From positions 1-62,935 of the forward strand of contig JBARZM010000115.1 of NCBI GenBank assembly GCA_049650095.1: a stretch of DNA of 62,935 nucleotides. Reading direction: 5' to 3'. Positions within the stretch are counted from its first letter, which is position 1. Each line of letters opens with the position of its first letter. Below are positions 34,564-50,264 of the stretch, in pieces. This DNA is from Rubrobacteraceae bacterium (GTDB lineage Bacteria > Actinomycetota > Rubrobacteria > Rubrobacterales > Rubrobacteraceae). The position numbers were made by a program, and so were the translations under genes. The notes beneath the pieces were generated by a model. That model ran no database searches, was not told where the DNA came from, and saw only the letters and a list, made by a program, of their open reading frames with translations.

Positions 34564-34758
34564 TTGGAGGTATCTCCCGGCACGACGCTCGGCCAGGCGC
34601 TGAAAGTTTCGGGTATCGCCGGAACCGGGGGTGAGGCGAAGGTGCGGATCCAATTCGGAGAAGTCCTGGTGAACGGCGAGGTCGAGGAGCGCCGCGGCCG
34701 GAAGCTCAAGGAGGGCGACGTGGTCGAGGTGGGGGACGAGCGCCTGGAGGTCCGCTAG
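34564..34758 (+). CDS. S4-domain RNA-binding protein (YaaA-like)
   Basis: 64 aa. GGEAKVRIQFGEVLVNGEVEERRGRKLKEGDVVEV is S4-like. Same dnaN-recF position as Bacillus yaaA. Confidence 0.75.
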   Translation: MEVSPGTTLGQALKVSGIAGTGGEAKVRIQFGEVLVNGEVEERRGRKLKEGDVVEVGDERLEVR

Positions 34759-35873
34759 TGTCTTACCTTCGGGCGATCCGGCTGGTCAACTTCCGAAATT
34801 ACGCCGACGAGACCGTCCTGTTTTCCCCGGGCCTGAACATCGTGGTCGGCGAGAACGCCCGGGGCAAGACCAACCTCCTCGAAGCCGTCTCGTTCGCCGT
34901 TGCCGGCTCCACGCCCCGAACCCCGAAGGAGAACGAAGTGGTCCGGTGGGACCAGGACTTCGCGCGGGTCGAGGCCCGGGTGGCCCGGGAAGAGGACGAA
35001 CGCAAAGTGGCGGTCGGTTACGCCCCGGGCCAGAAAAAGCGGCTTACCGTGGATGGTGCTTCGGCTACTTCCCTGGCGCACTACGCCGCCGGCGGCGCCG
35101 GGGTGCGGGTCATCAACTTCTTCCCGGACGATATCCGGATCGTGAAGGGCGCGCCCGCCGACCGGCGGGACTTCCTGGACCTTCTGCTCTCCTCGCTCCG
35201 GCCGTCTTACGCCCGGGCCGTCGGCGAGTACGCGAAAGCCGTCCAGCAGCGCAACCAGTTGCTCCGGCGTATCCGGGATGGATTCTCGTCCGAGAAAACA
35301 TTATCCACCTGGGACCGGAAGGTGATAGAGCTAGGCTCAAAAGTCCTGGAAGGCCGCGAGGCCGCCGTGGAACCCCTGGGAGAATACTTCAAAGACTCTC
35401 TAGGGGCCCTATACGGGCCGGAGAAGGCCGAGATCCGCTACTCCTATAGCACGCCCCCGGAAGACTACGCGGAGGCCCTTAGCGGGGCACGTCGGGCCGA
35501 CGTCGAGCGTGGAACCACGTCCGTCGGGCCCCACCGGGACGACTTCGCCGTGCTCCTCGGCGGGGTGAACCTCACGACCTTCGGGTCGCAGGGGCAGCAG
35601 CGGCTGGCGACGCTGGCGCTCAAGTTCGCGGCCCGGGACTACGTGCGGTGGGCGACGGGGGAAGACCCGATCCTGCTCTTTGACGACGTGATGAGCGAGC
35701 TCGACGGCCGCCGCCGGGAGTACCTCGCCGGCTACTTCCTGGAGAGTACCCAGGCGATCATCTCCACCACAAACCTCGAATACTTCGAGCCGGGTATCCT
35801 GGAACGGGCGCACACGACACGTATATCTAGTGGACCCGAACCAAACGCTACAACCCATGGTGTCGAAGGGTAG
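34758..35873 (+). CDS. recF: DNA replication and repair protein RecF
   Basis: Walker A GENARGKTNLLEA, signature FGSQGQQR, Walker B ILLFDDVMSELD. Confidence 0.92.
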   Translation: MSYLRAIRLVNFRNYADETVLFSPGLNIVVGENARGKTNLLEAVSFAVAGSTPRTPKENEVVRWDQDFARVEARVAREEDERKVAVGYAPGQKKRLTVDGASATSLAHYAAGGAGVRVINFFPDDIRIVKGAPADRRDFLDLLLSSLRPSYARAVGEYAKAVQQRNQLLRRIRDGFSSEKTLSTWDRKVIELGSKVLEGREAAVEPLGEYFKDSLGALYGPEKAEIRYSYSTPPEDYAEALSGARRADVERGTTSVGPHRDDFAVLLGGVNLTTFGSQGQQRLATLALKFAARDYVRWATGEDPILLFDDVMSELDGRRREYLAGYFLESTQAIISTTNLEYFEPGILERAHTTRISSGPEPNATTHGVEG

Positions 35874-35925
35874 CGTAAAGGCGTCGGAATGGCTTATTTA
35901 AGCGTCAAATCGGGAAATTTAAGCT

Positions 35926-35953
35926 TTGGAAACCGGCTGAGATATGTTACAAT
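35926..35953 (+). promoter_or_regulatory. Candidate sigma-70-type promoter of gyrB (TTGGAA-16 nt-TACAAT, TGT upstream of -10)
   Basis: Sequence match only. Confidence 0.35.
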
Positions 35954-35963
35954 CCTCGGGTGA

Positions 35964-41791
<5,828 letters not shown>

Positions 41792-41799
<8 letters not shown>

Positions 41800-42208
41800 C
41801 CACGTCTGCGACGGGGTCGTGGAATGCACGGCTTTGGTTCTGGCCGAAGGGTGTACGGAGCTGGAAGGCAAGCTAACGCTCTTCGGGATACTGGATGAGA
41901 TCCGGCCGTCCGGCGAAGATGATATCCCGTTCGTGGTCTACGCGAAGTTCGAGGGCTGCGAACACGCCGCCGACCGCGAGCGTCGGGTCCGGATACTCGT
42001 TAGCGACGAAGATGGTGAAGAGTTGATCGAGTCCGAAGAATATCCCGTCTGGCTCGACGGAACCGAAGATCCGGTGACGATCGTGGCGAACTTCGAGCTA
42101 CCGGAAGAACAAGAGAGTCGGGAGCAAATCATCTGGGTCGAGGCGGTCCTCGACGAGGAGACCCTGGCCCAAACGGCGGTCCGCCTACACGACCGATACA
42201 ATGTCTAG
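41792..42208 (+). CDS. Acidic hypothetical protein translationally coupled to gyrA
   Basis: ATG 41792 follows GGAGGAGGGA and overlaps the gyrA stop (ATGGATAA). 138 aa, Glu/Asp-rich, followed by a terminator. Confidence 0.55.
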
Positions 42209-42220
42209 ACCATACGAGAG

Positions 42221-42245
42221 GCCCGGGAGACCGGGCTTTTCTTCT
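42221..42245 (+). terminator. Rho-independent terminator
   Basis: GCCCGG-GAGA-CCGGGC stem-loop followed by TTTTCTTCT. Confidence 0.6.
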
Positions 42246-42259
42246 ACCTAAGGAAAACA

Positions 42260-43495
42260 ATGAACGAAGACCTAGCAATTTTCATCGACTGGGAGAATAT
42301 CTATATCTCAACGGTCACGGAGTACAAGTCCAAGCCGAACGTCTCTGCCATCCTGGAAAAGTCCCGGGAATACGGGCGTATCGTCTCCGCCACGGCTTAC
42401 GCTGACTGGACCGAAGGAGACTTCCGTCAGGCCCCGCCAACTCTATACTCGAACGGCATTACGCCAAAGTACATCTCCGCCCGGTACTTCCCGGGCGGCA
42501 AAGCCGCCAAGCGCCGCACGAACTCCATAGACGTGATGCTGGCGGTCGAGTGTTCGGACTTCCTCCACAAACACCCGCAGGTCGAAACCTACGTGCTCGT
42601 AACCGGTGACGGAGACTTTATCCCGCTGGTGAGTTTGCTGAGGAGCCAGGGGAAAAACGTCGTGGTGATCGGGGTTTCAGAGGCGACTTCGTACCACCTG
42701 ATCGAATCTGCCGACCACTTCATATCCTATGCTTCACTCCTCGAGGAGGAACGTTCGGCGAAGGCCCGCGACACGGAGCCGAAGAAGAAGGCCGCCGACC
42801 CGTATGAAGAGTTGGTAAGGGCTGTAAAGACCCTGAAAAGCGGCGGCAAGGCCCGCGTGCTAGGGCAGGTCAAGCAGCAGATGATCGTGCAGCTCGGCTC
42901 CTTCGACGAGCGTAAGCAAGGCTTCAAGAAGTTCAAGGATTTCGTCGTGGAGGCCGAACGCCGCAACCTGGTAAACACCGTGGACCAGGACCTGGAGCTT
43001 CAAGTCTATTTGCCCGACGAGAAGGTGCCCGAGCAGCCCGAGTCCGGGGACACGGCCGCAAACAAGCCGGAGGGAACGGCGGTTGTTGTCCCAGATATCG
43101 TCCCGGATGACGCACCGGGGGATGTGCCGGAGAATGCTTCGGACGCCGGTGAGGACCGGCCCGAGAAAAACGGCAACAAAAAAGGTCCCGACGAGAGCTT
43201 CGACGTGCTGGAAGACCTGACGCCCTACGAGCTAAGGACCGTGTGCCGGGCGGTCTCCGGGCTGCGGCAGCCGGCGACGTTCGTAGAGATATTTAGCAGC
43301 ATTCGGGAGTTGGACGAGCGGGGAGAGTTGGAGCTTTCCCGGGAGGAGATCGGCGAGGTTATAACGGCCATGATGGATTCTGAGTTCTTGAACCGGGTCC
43401 GGGCCAAACCCTACGAGCAAGCCCGCGCCGACATGACCTTCTACGCCCTCGATACGGACCGCAAAGAGGTCCAGAGCGCGTTGAACGGCTCCTAG
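42260..43495 (+). CDS. NYN-domain (LabA/DUF88-like) putative RNase with OST-HTH/LOTUS domain
   Basis: 411 aa with N-terminal AIFIDWENI...SIDVMLAVE...LVTGDGDFIPLV (NYN/PIN-like acidic residues). A central LOTUS-like region is LVRAVKTLKSGGKARVLGQVKQQMIVQLGSFDERKQGFKKFKDFV. Confidence 0.8.
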   Translation: MNEDLAIFIDWENIYISTVTEYKSKPNVSAILEKSREYGRIVSATAYADWTEGDFRQAPPTLYSNGITPKYISARYFPGGKAAKRRTNSIDVMLAVECSDFLHKHPQVETYVLVTGDGDFIPLVSLLRSQGKNVVVIGVSEATSYHLIESADHFISYASLLEEERSAKARDTEPKKKAADPYEELVRAVKTLKSGGKARVLGQVKQQMIVQLGSFDERKQGFKKFKDFVVEAERRNLVNTVDQDLELQVYLPDEKVPEQPESGDTAANKPEGTAVVVPDIVPDDAPGDVPENASDAGEDRPEKNGNKKGPDESFDVLEDLTPYELRTVCRAVSGLRQPATFVEIFSSIRELDERGELELSREEIGEVITAMMDSEFLNRVRAKPYEQARADMTFYALDTDRKEVQSALNGS

Positions 43496-43782
43496 TCAGC
43501 CAGCTTGTAGACCGTAAACACGGCCAACAAAAGGGCGGCGGCTATCTGAACCAGCGATATGGAGAGCGTCTGGATAATCTGTATAGCCGAGCCGCTTCGG
43601 AGCATCAGATGCACGGCCACGATGCCACCGAAACCCAGCGCGTACCAAGCCGCTGCTTTTACCCGGTAAGCCTCACTGCGCTCGCTCCAGATAACCGTCC
43701 CGATCAGGGCCGGGATGTAGAAGATCAGGATCAAAGGAACCAGCCGCATCAGCCCGACCGCAATATTTAGAAAAGTCTCCAT
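43492..43782 (-). CDS. Small membrane protein (3 predicted TM helices)
   Basis: 96 aa and hydrophobic. Convergent 4-nt overlap with the NYN gene. Confidence 0.5.
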   Translation of the reverse strand: METFLNIAVGLMRLVPLILIFYIPALIGTVIWSERSEAYRVKAAAWYALGFGGIVAVHLMLRSGSAIQIIQTLSISLVQIAAALLLAVFTVYKLAD

Positions 43783-43883
43783 AGACCAAGTCTACACCAA
43801 GGAAACAGGGGAAAAGCCCCGAGAAACTTGCCCGAAAGATACGTACGATAGTATACTTGTGATATTCAATAGAGGTGGTGATT

Positions 43884-44246
43884 ATGGGAATAAACCAGAG
43901 GGTCTCATTACGGAAGTTCATGGACGACATACGGCGCTGGGTCGAGGAAGGCCGGAGCGACGATTGGATCGCCAGCGCCCTCGGCACCAGTCCTTCTTCG
44001 GTGCAGTCGTTCCGTTCGCGCAACGCCATCTACCGCCGGGACCACGGGGCAACGTTGTACGATCCGCAGGAGTACGGTTCTTACGAAGGGGTGTTGGATC
44101 CGGCTCCGGGCGCGTGGTTTGATCCCTCTGTGGGGGACGACCCCCGGTGGCGGGAGCATTGGGCCGAGACCGGCCGGGTGGAGATGCGCCTCACCCCGAC
44201 GAAGATGGTCCTGATCCGCCGCGGCCGCACGAAGTCCCGGGGCTAA
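43884..44246 (+). CDS. Hypothetical protein with possible N-terminal HTH
   Basis: ATG 43884 lies 8 nt after AGAGG; the track ORF starts at GTG 43875. SDDWIASALGTSPSSVQSFRSRN is an HTH-like segment. Confidence 0.5.
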   Translation: MGINQRVSLRKFMDDIRRWVEEGRSDDWIASALGTSPSSVQSFRSRNAIYRRDHGATLYDPQEYGSYEGVLDPAPGAWFDPSVGDDPRWREHWAETGRVEMRLTPTKMVLIRRGRTKSRG

Positions 44247-44291
44247 AACTCAAACCGGCGCCCCACCGTAAGATACAATAAGACTGGTTGC

Positions 44292-44726
44292 GGGCCGTCC
44301 GACCCGCCGCTGCGCCGGAGTGACATCCGGCGTAGAGGAAAGTCCGGACTCGCACGGACCCGGTAGCCCGGGTCCCGAAGGCCGCTCGGGCCAACAACCC
44401 GAGGGACGGACGGGTGTAAGCCCTCCGTCACGTCAAGTGCAACAGAGAGCAGACCAGCCGATGGACCGGAGCTTTGCTATCGGTCACAGGTGATGGGTGA
44501 AAGGGTGGGGTAAGAGCCCACCGGCGGTATCCCGAGGCAAGCCTTAGGCTTTCCGGAGGGACCGGCCAGGTAAACTACCGGTGCGAGCAAGCCAAAGTGT
44601 CCCGGAGCCTCTCCGGAGGCCTCCGGGCGGGTAGGCGCAGCTTCGGCCCCGCAAGGGAGCCGAAGCCCGGGGAACAGCCCGGAGATGGATGGCGGGATAG
44701 ACAGGATCCGGCTTACAGGACGGCCC
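44292..44726 (+). ncRNA. rnpB: RNase P RNA, bacterial type A
   Basis: P1 pairs GGGCCGTCC with GGACGGCCC. P4 strands are GAGGAAAGTCCGGAC and ACAGGATCCGGCTTAC. Also has the GGGTGAAAGGGTGGGGTAAGAGCCCACC module. Ends are approximate to within 5 nt. Confidence 0.88.
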
Positions 44727-44855
44727 AAGCACCAAAAATCTCCAGCTTGCCACATTGGTTTTTGGAATGGATTCACAACAATTCTTCTTGCGATCCTCTA
44801 TACTTCGGCCTGCGAAAGAAGCCTTAAGTACATGCGTGCATAGAGGGAGCAGAAT

Positions 44856-45596
44856 TTGGCGAGTATAACTGCCGCAACCAAAAGGTTGCCCTGGTGGGTT
44901 GGACCGATAACCGTAACGGTCGTGTTAACGGCCTTTGGTATCTATTCGTTTTATGTGGCGATTTTTGCCCAGGACCCTCAGTACCAGGATTACCTGCTTT
45001 CACCGTTCTTCTCGCCGCAGGTGGGGTCGCCGTACGCTTGGCTCTCGCCGGCGGTCTTTGTTCTGTGGATACCGCTCGGGTTTCGGGCCACGTGTTACTA
45101 CTACCGCAAGGCGTACTACCGGGCCTTCTTCTGGGACCCGCCGGCGTGTGAGAGCCGGGCCCAGCAGCGGGAGCCCCGGAGCCCGGAGAACTACCAGGGT
45201 GAGCGGGCGCTCTTCGTGCTCAACAACGTCCACCGGTACTTCTTGTACGGTTCGATCTTCGTGGTGGCGTTTCTCTGGTATGAGGCGGTAATATCGTTCT
45301 TCCCCGGGGGCGGATTTGGCATCACCGTCGGAACGTTGGTCCTTGTAACGAACGTGGTTCTTCTCTCGTTCTACACGTTCTCGTGCCACTCCTTCCGGCA
45401 TTTGGTGGGGGGAAACAAAGACTGCTACTCGTGCGTAACGGGTGGAAACGCCCGGCGCAAGACTTTCAACGCGGTTAGCGTGCTAAACGGGCGGCACTCG
45501 CTCTGGGCCTGGCTCAGCCTCTTCGCGGTGCTGTTCGCCGACGTGTACATAAGGATGTTGATGGCGGGCTGGTTCACGGACCCGACGATACTGTAG
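44856..45596 (+). CDS. Succinate dehydrogenase membrane anchor subunit (actinobacterial Sdh1-type)
   Basis: 246 aa, ~5 TM helices, TTG start, immediately upstream of sdhA and sdhB. Contains a Cys/His cluster SCHSFRHLVGGNKDCYSC. Confidence 0.75.
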   Translation: MASITAATKRLPWWVGPITVTVVLTAFGIYSFYVAIFAQDPQYQDYLLSPFFSPQVGSPYAWLSPAVFVLWIPLGFRATCYYYRKAYYRAFFWDPPACESRAQQREPRSPENYQGERALFVLNNVHRYFLYGSIFVVAFLWYEAVISFFPGGGFGITVGTLVLVTNVVLLSFYTFSCHSFRHLVGGNKDCYSCVTGGNARRKTFNAVSVLNGRHSLWAWLSLFAVLFADVYIRMLMAGWFTDPTIL

Positions 45597-45616
45597 TGGT
45601 GGAGAGGTAGGTAACT

Positions 45617-47395
45617 GTGGAATCCAACGGACACGATGGACACACCGGGCGCAACGGCAGCCACGAGAACTACGAGGTACGCGAACACGACGTCCTGATC
45701 GTCGGCGCCGGCGGCGCGGGACTACGGGCGGCGATCTCCGCCGCCGAGCGCGGACTTTCGGTCGGCATCGTAACCAAGAGCCTGCTCGGCAAAGCCCACA
45801 CCGTCATGGCCGAGGGCGGCATAGCGGCGGCCGTCGGCAACGTGGACCCCGAAGACGGTTGGCAGACCCACTTCATGGACACCATGAAGAGCGGCAAATT
45901 CATAAACAACTGGCAGATGGTCGAGAAACACACCAAAGAAGCCCCGGAGAGGGTCATAGAGCTCGAGCAATGGGGCGCCCTCTTCAACCGGACGCCGGAA
46001 GGCAAAATCTCCCAGCGGCCCTTCGGCGGCCACACCTACCGGCGGTTGTGCCACATCGGCGACCGAACGGGCCTTGAGATGATCCGGACTCTGCAGGAGA
46101 AGGTTCTCTCCATCGACGCCGAAGTCTACATGGAGACGACCATCACCAAGCTCTTCAAAAAGGGCGACCGGGTCGTCGGCGCCCTTGCCTACACCCGCGA
46201 GAACGGCAAGTTCATCCACTTCAAGGCCAAAGCCGTCGTGATGGCGACCGGCGGATGGGGCAAAATATTCAAGGTCACCTCCAACTCCTGGGAGGGCACC
46301 GGCGACGGCGTGATACAGGCCTACGACGTCGGCGCCGAACTGGTTGACATGGAGATGATGCAGTTCCACCCGACCGGGATGGTCTGGCCTCCCGGGGTGC
46401 GCGGCCTGCTCGTGACCGAGGGCGTGCGCGGCGAGGGTGGGTTCCTCCGAAACTCCGAGGGCAATCGCTACATGGAAACCTACGACCCCGAAAAGATGGA
46501 GCTCTCGACCCGCGACGTGGTCGCCCGGGCGAACTACACCGAGGTGCAGGAGGGGCGTGGTTCGCCCCACGGCGGCGTCTTCCTGGACATCACGCATCTC
46601 GGCTACGACGGCATCATGAAAAAGCTGCCGACGATGCACGAGCAGTTCCTGAAGCTCGCCGACATAGACATTTCGAAAGAGGCGATGGAGGTCTTCCCGA
46701 CCGTCCACTACACGATGGGCGGCATAAAGATCGACCCGGAGACCGGCGTCAGCACCGTGCCGGGCCTCTTCGCGGCCGGCGAGGTCGCCGGCGGGCTGCA
46801 CGGGGCGAACCGTCTCGGAGGCAACTCCCTCTCCGACCTTCTGGTATTCGGGAAGCGGGCCGGGGACGGCGCGTCGGACTTCGTCGAGCAGAGCACCCAT
46901 TCTTCGGACATCGAAGACTCCGAGGTACAGACGGAGATACAGCGGGTGCTCCAGCCGCTGGAGCACGGGCGCGGTGAAGAGAGCCCGTACCTCATGCAGC
47001 AGGAGCTCCAGGAAGCCATGATGGAGCACGCCAACCTCATGCGCAACGAAGAGTCCCTCAAGGAGGGACTCGGCAAGATTTTGGCCCTCAAAGATCGGTT
47101 GGAGGGCGTGAACGTGCCGGGTTCGCGGCTCTTCAACCCTGGCTGGCACACGGCGCAGGACATCCGGTATCTGGTTCAGATCTCCGAGATCATACTTCGC
47201 ACCGCGCTGGAGCGGAAGGAGCGCCGGGGGGCCCAGTGGCGGCTCGACTTCGACGGGCCGGATGAGGAGCTCGGCAAACTCAACTTTATCGTCAAGAAAG
47301 ATTCCCAGGGAGAGGTCGGCATCGAAAAGCGGGAGATCACGCCGATGCCGGACCACCTAGCCCGGTTGTTCCAGAAAGAAGAGGCCAAGGTTTGA
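45617..47395 (+). CDS. sdhA: Succinate dehydrogenase/fumarate reductase flavoprotein subunit
   Basis: 592 aa with VLIVGAGGAGLRAA, the covalent-FAD region KAHTVMAEGG, and HPTG...RGEGG. Confidence 0.92.
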   Translation: MESNGHDGHTGRNGSHENYEVREHDVLIVGAGGAGLRAAISAAERGLSVGIVTKSLLGKAHTVMAEGGIAAAVGNVDPEDGWQTHFMDTMKSGKFINNWQMVEKHTKEAPERVIELEQWGALFNRTPEGKISQRPFGGHTYRRLCHIGDRTGLEMIRTLQEKVLSIDAEVYMETTITKLFKKGDRVVGALAYTRENGKFIHFKAKAVVMATGGWGKIFKVTSNSWEGTGDGVIQAYDVGAELVDMEMMQFHPTGMVWPPGVRGLLVTEGVRGEGGFLRNSEGNRYMETYDPEKMELSTRDVVARANYTEVQEGRGSPHGGVFLDITHLGYDGIMKKLPTMHEQFLKLADIDISKEAMEVFPTVHYTMGGIKIDPETGVSTVPGLFAAGEVAGGLHGANRLGGNSLSDLLVFGKRAGDGASDFVEQSTHSSDIEDSEVQTEIQRVLQPLEHGRGEESPYLMQQELQEAMMEHANLMRNEESLKEGLGKILALKDRLEGVNVPGSRLFNPGWHTAQDIRYLVQISEIILRTALERKERRGAQWRLDFDGPDEELGKLNFIVKKDSQGEVGIEKREITPMPDHLARLFQKEEAKV

Positions 47396-48228
47396 GCGAC
47401 AACGGCAACGGCAACAAGGGCAACGTCACCTCGATGGCGCACGCGCCGGTAAAAGACGAAGACCTGGGCCAGAGCGGCAAGACCGCGAAGCTCAAAATCT
47501 TTCGGGGCGACTCCGGCGGCGGCGAGTTGGTCGAGTACGAACTCGATCTGGTCGAAGGCATGGTAGTGCTCGATGCGGTGCTCGATATCCAGGCGCATCA
47601 GGCGCCGGACTTGGGTGTTCGTTGGAACTGCAAGGCCGCCCACTGTGGTTCGTGTAGCGCGGAGATCAACGGCAAACCCCGGCTTCTGTGCAAGACCCGC
47701 ATGGAAGAATACGAGGACCAGGAGATCCGGGTCCACCCGATGCAGGCTTTTCCGGTAATAAAGGACCTCGTATCCGACGTATCCTGGAACTACGAAACGT
47801 CTAGCTCCATCAAGCCGTTCCACAGCGAGCAGCAGGCGCCGTTCACGATGTACGAAGAGGACGTGGAGCGTCTCTACGAGCCAAAGAGTTGCATCGAGTG
47901 CTTTATGTGCCAGGACGTATGTCACGTGCTGCGCACCCACCACAAACACGCCGAGTTCGCCGGCCCGCGCTTCTTCGTGCGCAACCAGTGGCTAGAGATG
48001 CACCCGATGGACGACCAGACGCGGCTCAAAGACCTCAAAGAGGATCACGGCCTCGGCTACTGCAACATAACCAAGTGCTGCACCGAAGTCTGCCCGGCCG
48101 GCATCCACATCACCGACAACTCCATCATCCCGCTAAAAGAGCGCGTCGCCGACGAATACTACGACCCGGCCAAGTGGCTCATGCGGAAGATCCGGGGACG
48201 CCGGAACGGGAGCAGCAACGGCAATTAG
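47392..48228 (+). CDS. sdhB: Succinate dehydrogenase iron-sulfur subunit
   Basis: 278 aa with Cys clusters CKAAHCGSCS, CIECFMCQDVC and CTEVCP. Confidence 0.9.
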   Translation: MSDNGNGNKGNVTSMAHAPVKDEDLGQSGKTAKLKIFRGDSGGGELVEYELDLVEGMVVLDAVLDIQAHQAPDLGVRWNCKAAHCGSCSAEINGKPRLLCKTRMEEYEDQEIRVHPMQAFPVIKDLVSDVSWNYETSSSIKPFHSEQQAPFTMYEEDVERLYEPKSCIECFMCQDVCHVLRTHHKHAEFAGPRFFVRNQWLEMHPMDDQTRLKDLKEDHGLGYCNITKCCTEVCPAGIHITDNSIIPLKERVADEYYDPAKWLMRKIRGRRNGSSNGN

Positions 48229-48247
48229 GGGCTTTGAACACGGAGAG

Positions 48248-48320
48248 AGCGGACGACGGGCTTCGAACCCGCGACCTCCAGCTTGGGAAGCTGGCGCTCT
48301 ACCAACTGAGCTACGTCCGC
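48248..48320 (-). tRNA. tRNA-Gly (anticodon CCC)
   Basis: Minus strand GCGGACGTAGCTCAGTTGGTAGAGCGCCAGCTTCCCAAGCTGGAGGTCGCGGGTTCGAAGCCCGTCGTCCGCT folds as a cloverleaf. 7-bp acceptor, TTCGAAG T-loop, anticodon loop TTCCCAA. No encoded CCA. Confidence 0.9.
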
Positions 48321-48364
48321 GTGAAGAATAATTCTAGCACGCCGGACGTAGCTCCTTCACTACC

Positions 48365-48865
48365 TTGAACACTACCGACTATAACTTCTGCCCCCGCTGC
48401 GCCGGATGCCTTGAAGCTCGCACTCTCAAGGAGGACGAGCCGGAGCGGTTGGTTTGTGTCAACTGCGACTTCGTTTTCTACCTGGGACCAAAGTTGGTGG
48501 CGGGTGCGATTTTCGAGCTTGACGGTGGGATCTTCCTGGTGCAGCGGGACATCGAGCCTGGCTACGGGAAGTGGACTTTCCCCGGTGGTTTCGTTGAGCG
48601 GGGGGAGACCGCCGAAGCCGCCGCCGAACGGGAGGTTTTCGAAGAAGCCGGGTTGGAGATCAAGGCTACGAACATCGTCGGCCTTTATTCCTACGAAGGG
48701 CAAGTCCCGGTCATAGCGGTCTTCGGGGCGCGGGTAACAGGTGGCGAGCCGGAGGCGTTGGACGAGACGATGGACGTGCGGAGCTTTCCGCGGGATGAAC
48801 TTCCCTGGAGCGAGATGGCGTTTCCGAGCACCGAGCACGCGCTGAAGGATTACTTGAGGGCCTGA
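48365..48865 (+). CDS. NUDIX hydrolase with N-terminal zinc ribbon
   Basis: CPRC...CVNC ribbon. Nudix box GGFVERGETAEAAAEREVFEEAGL. Confidence 0.85.
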   Translation: MNTTDYNFCPRCAGCLEARTLKEDEPERLVCVNCDFVFYLGPKLVAGAIFELDGGIFLVQRDIEPGYGKWTFPGGFVERGETAEAAAEREVFEEAGLEIKATNIVGLYSYEGQVPVIAVFGARVTGGEPEALDETMDVRSFPRDELPWSEMAFPSTEHALKDYLRA

Positions 48866-48869
48866 TCTA

Positions 48870-50195
48870 TCAGGACTCCTCCGCTACTCTGGCGGGGGTG
48901 ACGAGTACTTTGTCCACTCTGTAACCGTCCATGTCGGCGACCTCGAAGGTCGTGCCTTCCCACACGAAACGGTCGGCGACGGCCGGCAGGCGTTTCAGGT
49001 ACGTCATGACGAAGCCCGCGAGGGTCTGGTAGCCGGCGGTACGCTCGTCAGGCAGCTCCTTTATGTCCAGCAGATCCTTGAACCTGTTTACCGGCATGGC
49101 CCCGTCCAGGAGCCAGGAGCCATCCTCCCGCTGTACCGCCTCCGAATCGCCGGCCGGCTCGTCCAGGGAAGGGAGCCCGCCCACCAGGGCTTCGAGCACG
49201 TCGTTCAGCGTTACCACGCCCTCAAGTTCGCCGTACTCGTCCGTTACGAACGCGATGTGCTGGCCGGTTTCCCGAAACGCCTCCAGGAGGCGGAAGGCAT
49301 ACATGTTTTCGGGAACGAACAAGGGTTTTTGCAGGTCTTTTTCAAGGTCCAGGCCGTCTTCGTCGAGGTGGCGGACCAACAGGTCTTTCGCCCGCACGAC
49401 GCCGACGATCTCGTCCAGCCGGCCCCGGCACACCGGGAACCGGGAGTAGACGCTCTCGCGCATCCGGCGCTGGTTCTCTTCGGGCGGGCTTTCGAGGTCC
49501 AGCCACGAGACCTCCGGTCGCGGGGTCATAAGGGCCGTTACGCGGAGGTCGCCGAGCTGGAATACCCGCTCCACTATATCCCGTTCGGTCTCCTCGAACA
49601 CCCCGGCCCGGGTACCCTGCTCGATAAGGATGCCGATCTCTGCTTCCGTAACCGGCCGCTCATCGCCGGGCCGCGCGCGCATGATGCGGAGCACCGCGTC
49701 GGTCGAGAAGCTCAGAAAGCCAACGGCCGGCGCGGCGAGCCGGGAGAGCCGGCGCATCGGACGGGCCACCGAGGAGGCTACCATCTCCGGGTTGCCGAGG
49801 GCCAGCCGCTTGGGCACGAGCTCGCCCAGGATGAGCGAGAGGTAAGCGATGACGACCACCACGACGCCGACGCTCACAGCCCCCGCGTAGGGTGCGAGTA
49901 TTGGGGCCTCCTCTATGACCTCCGACAGCGGCCCCGCGATGGTCGCGCCTCCAAAGGCCCCGGCCAGCACGCCGACCAGGGTGATGCCGATCTGGACCGT
50001 GGAGAGAAAGAGGTTCGGATCTTCCAAAAGGTCCAGGGCCGCCCGGGCGCGAAGGTTGCCGTCTTCGGCCATCTCCTGCAGCCGGGCGCTGCGCGCCGAG
50101 ATCAGGGCCGCCTCCGACATGGCGAATACCCCGTTGACTAGAACGAGCAGCAAGATAAACAAAGCCTCTATCGTTACGCCCAACGCACGCTCCAT
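48870..50195 (-). CDS. CNNM/HlyC-CorC family protein (DUF21-CBS pair-CorC_HlyC)
   Basis: 441 aa with N-terminal DUF21 TM helices (NGVFAMSEAALIS), a CBS pair and a C-terminal transporter-associated domain. Confidence 0.88.
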   Translation of the reverse strand: MERALGVTIEALFILLLVLVNGVFAMSEAALISARSARLQEMAEDGNLRARAALDLLEDPNLFLSTVQIGITLVGVLAGAFGGATIAGPLSEVIEEAPILAPYAGAVSVGVVVVVIAYLSLILGELVPKRLALGNPEMVASSVARPMRRLSRLAAPAVGFLSFSTDAVLRIMRARPGDERPVTEAEIGILIEQGTRAGVFEETERDIVERVFQLGDLRVTALMTPRPEVSWLDLESPPEENQRRMRESVYSRFPVCRGRLDEIVGVVRAKDLLVRHLDEDGLDLEKDLQKPLFVPENMYAFRLLEAFRETGQHIAFVTDEYGELEGVVTLNDVLEALVGGLPSLDEPAGDSEAVQREDGSWLLDGAMPVNRFKDLLDIKELPDERTAGYQTLAGFVMTYLKRLPAVADRFVWEGTTFEVADMDGYRVDKVLVTPARVAEES

Positions 50196-50264
50196 ATCTT
50201 CTAGAAGACATCACAAAGTCTACCGTAGGCAGCCGTTGGACAGACTAGAGTCTCTGGTGAACGG

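Noticed and set aside
44477-44827. ORFs 44477..44776(-), 44544..44753(-) and 44597..44827(+).
   Set aside because: They overlap the RNase P RNA gene, which has unambiguous conserved P1, P4 and loop modules.
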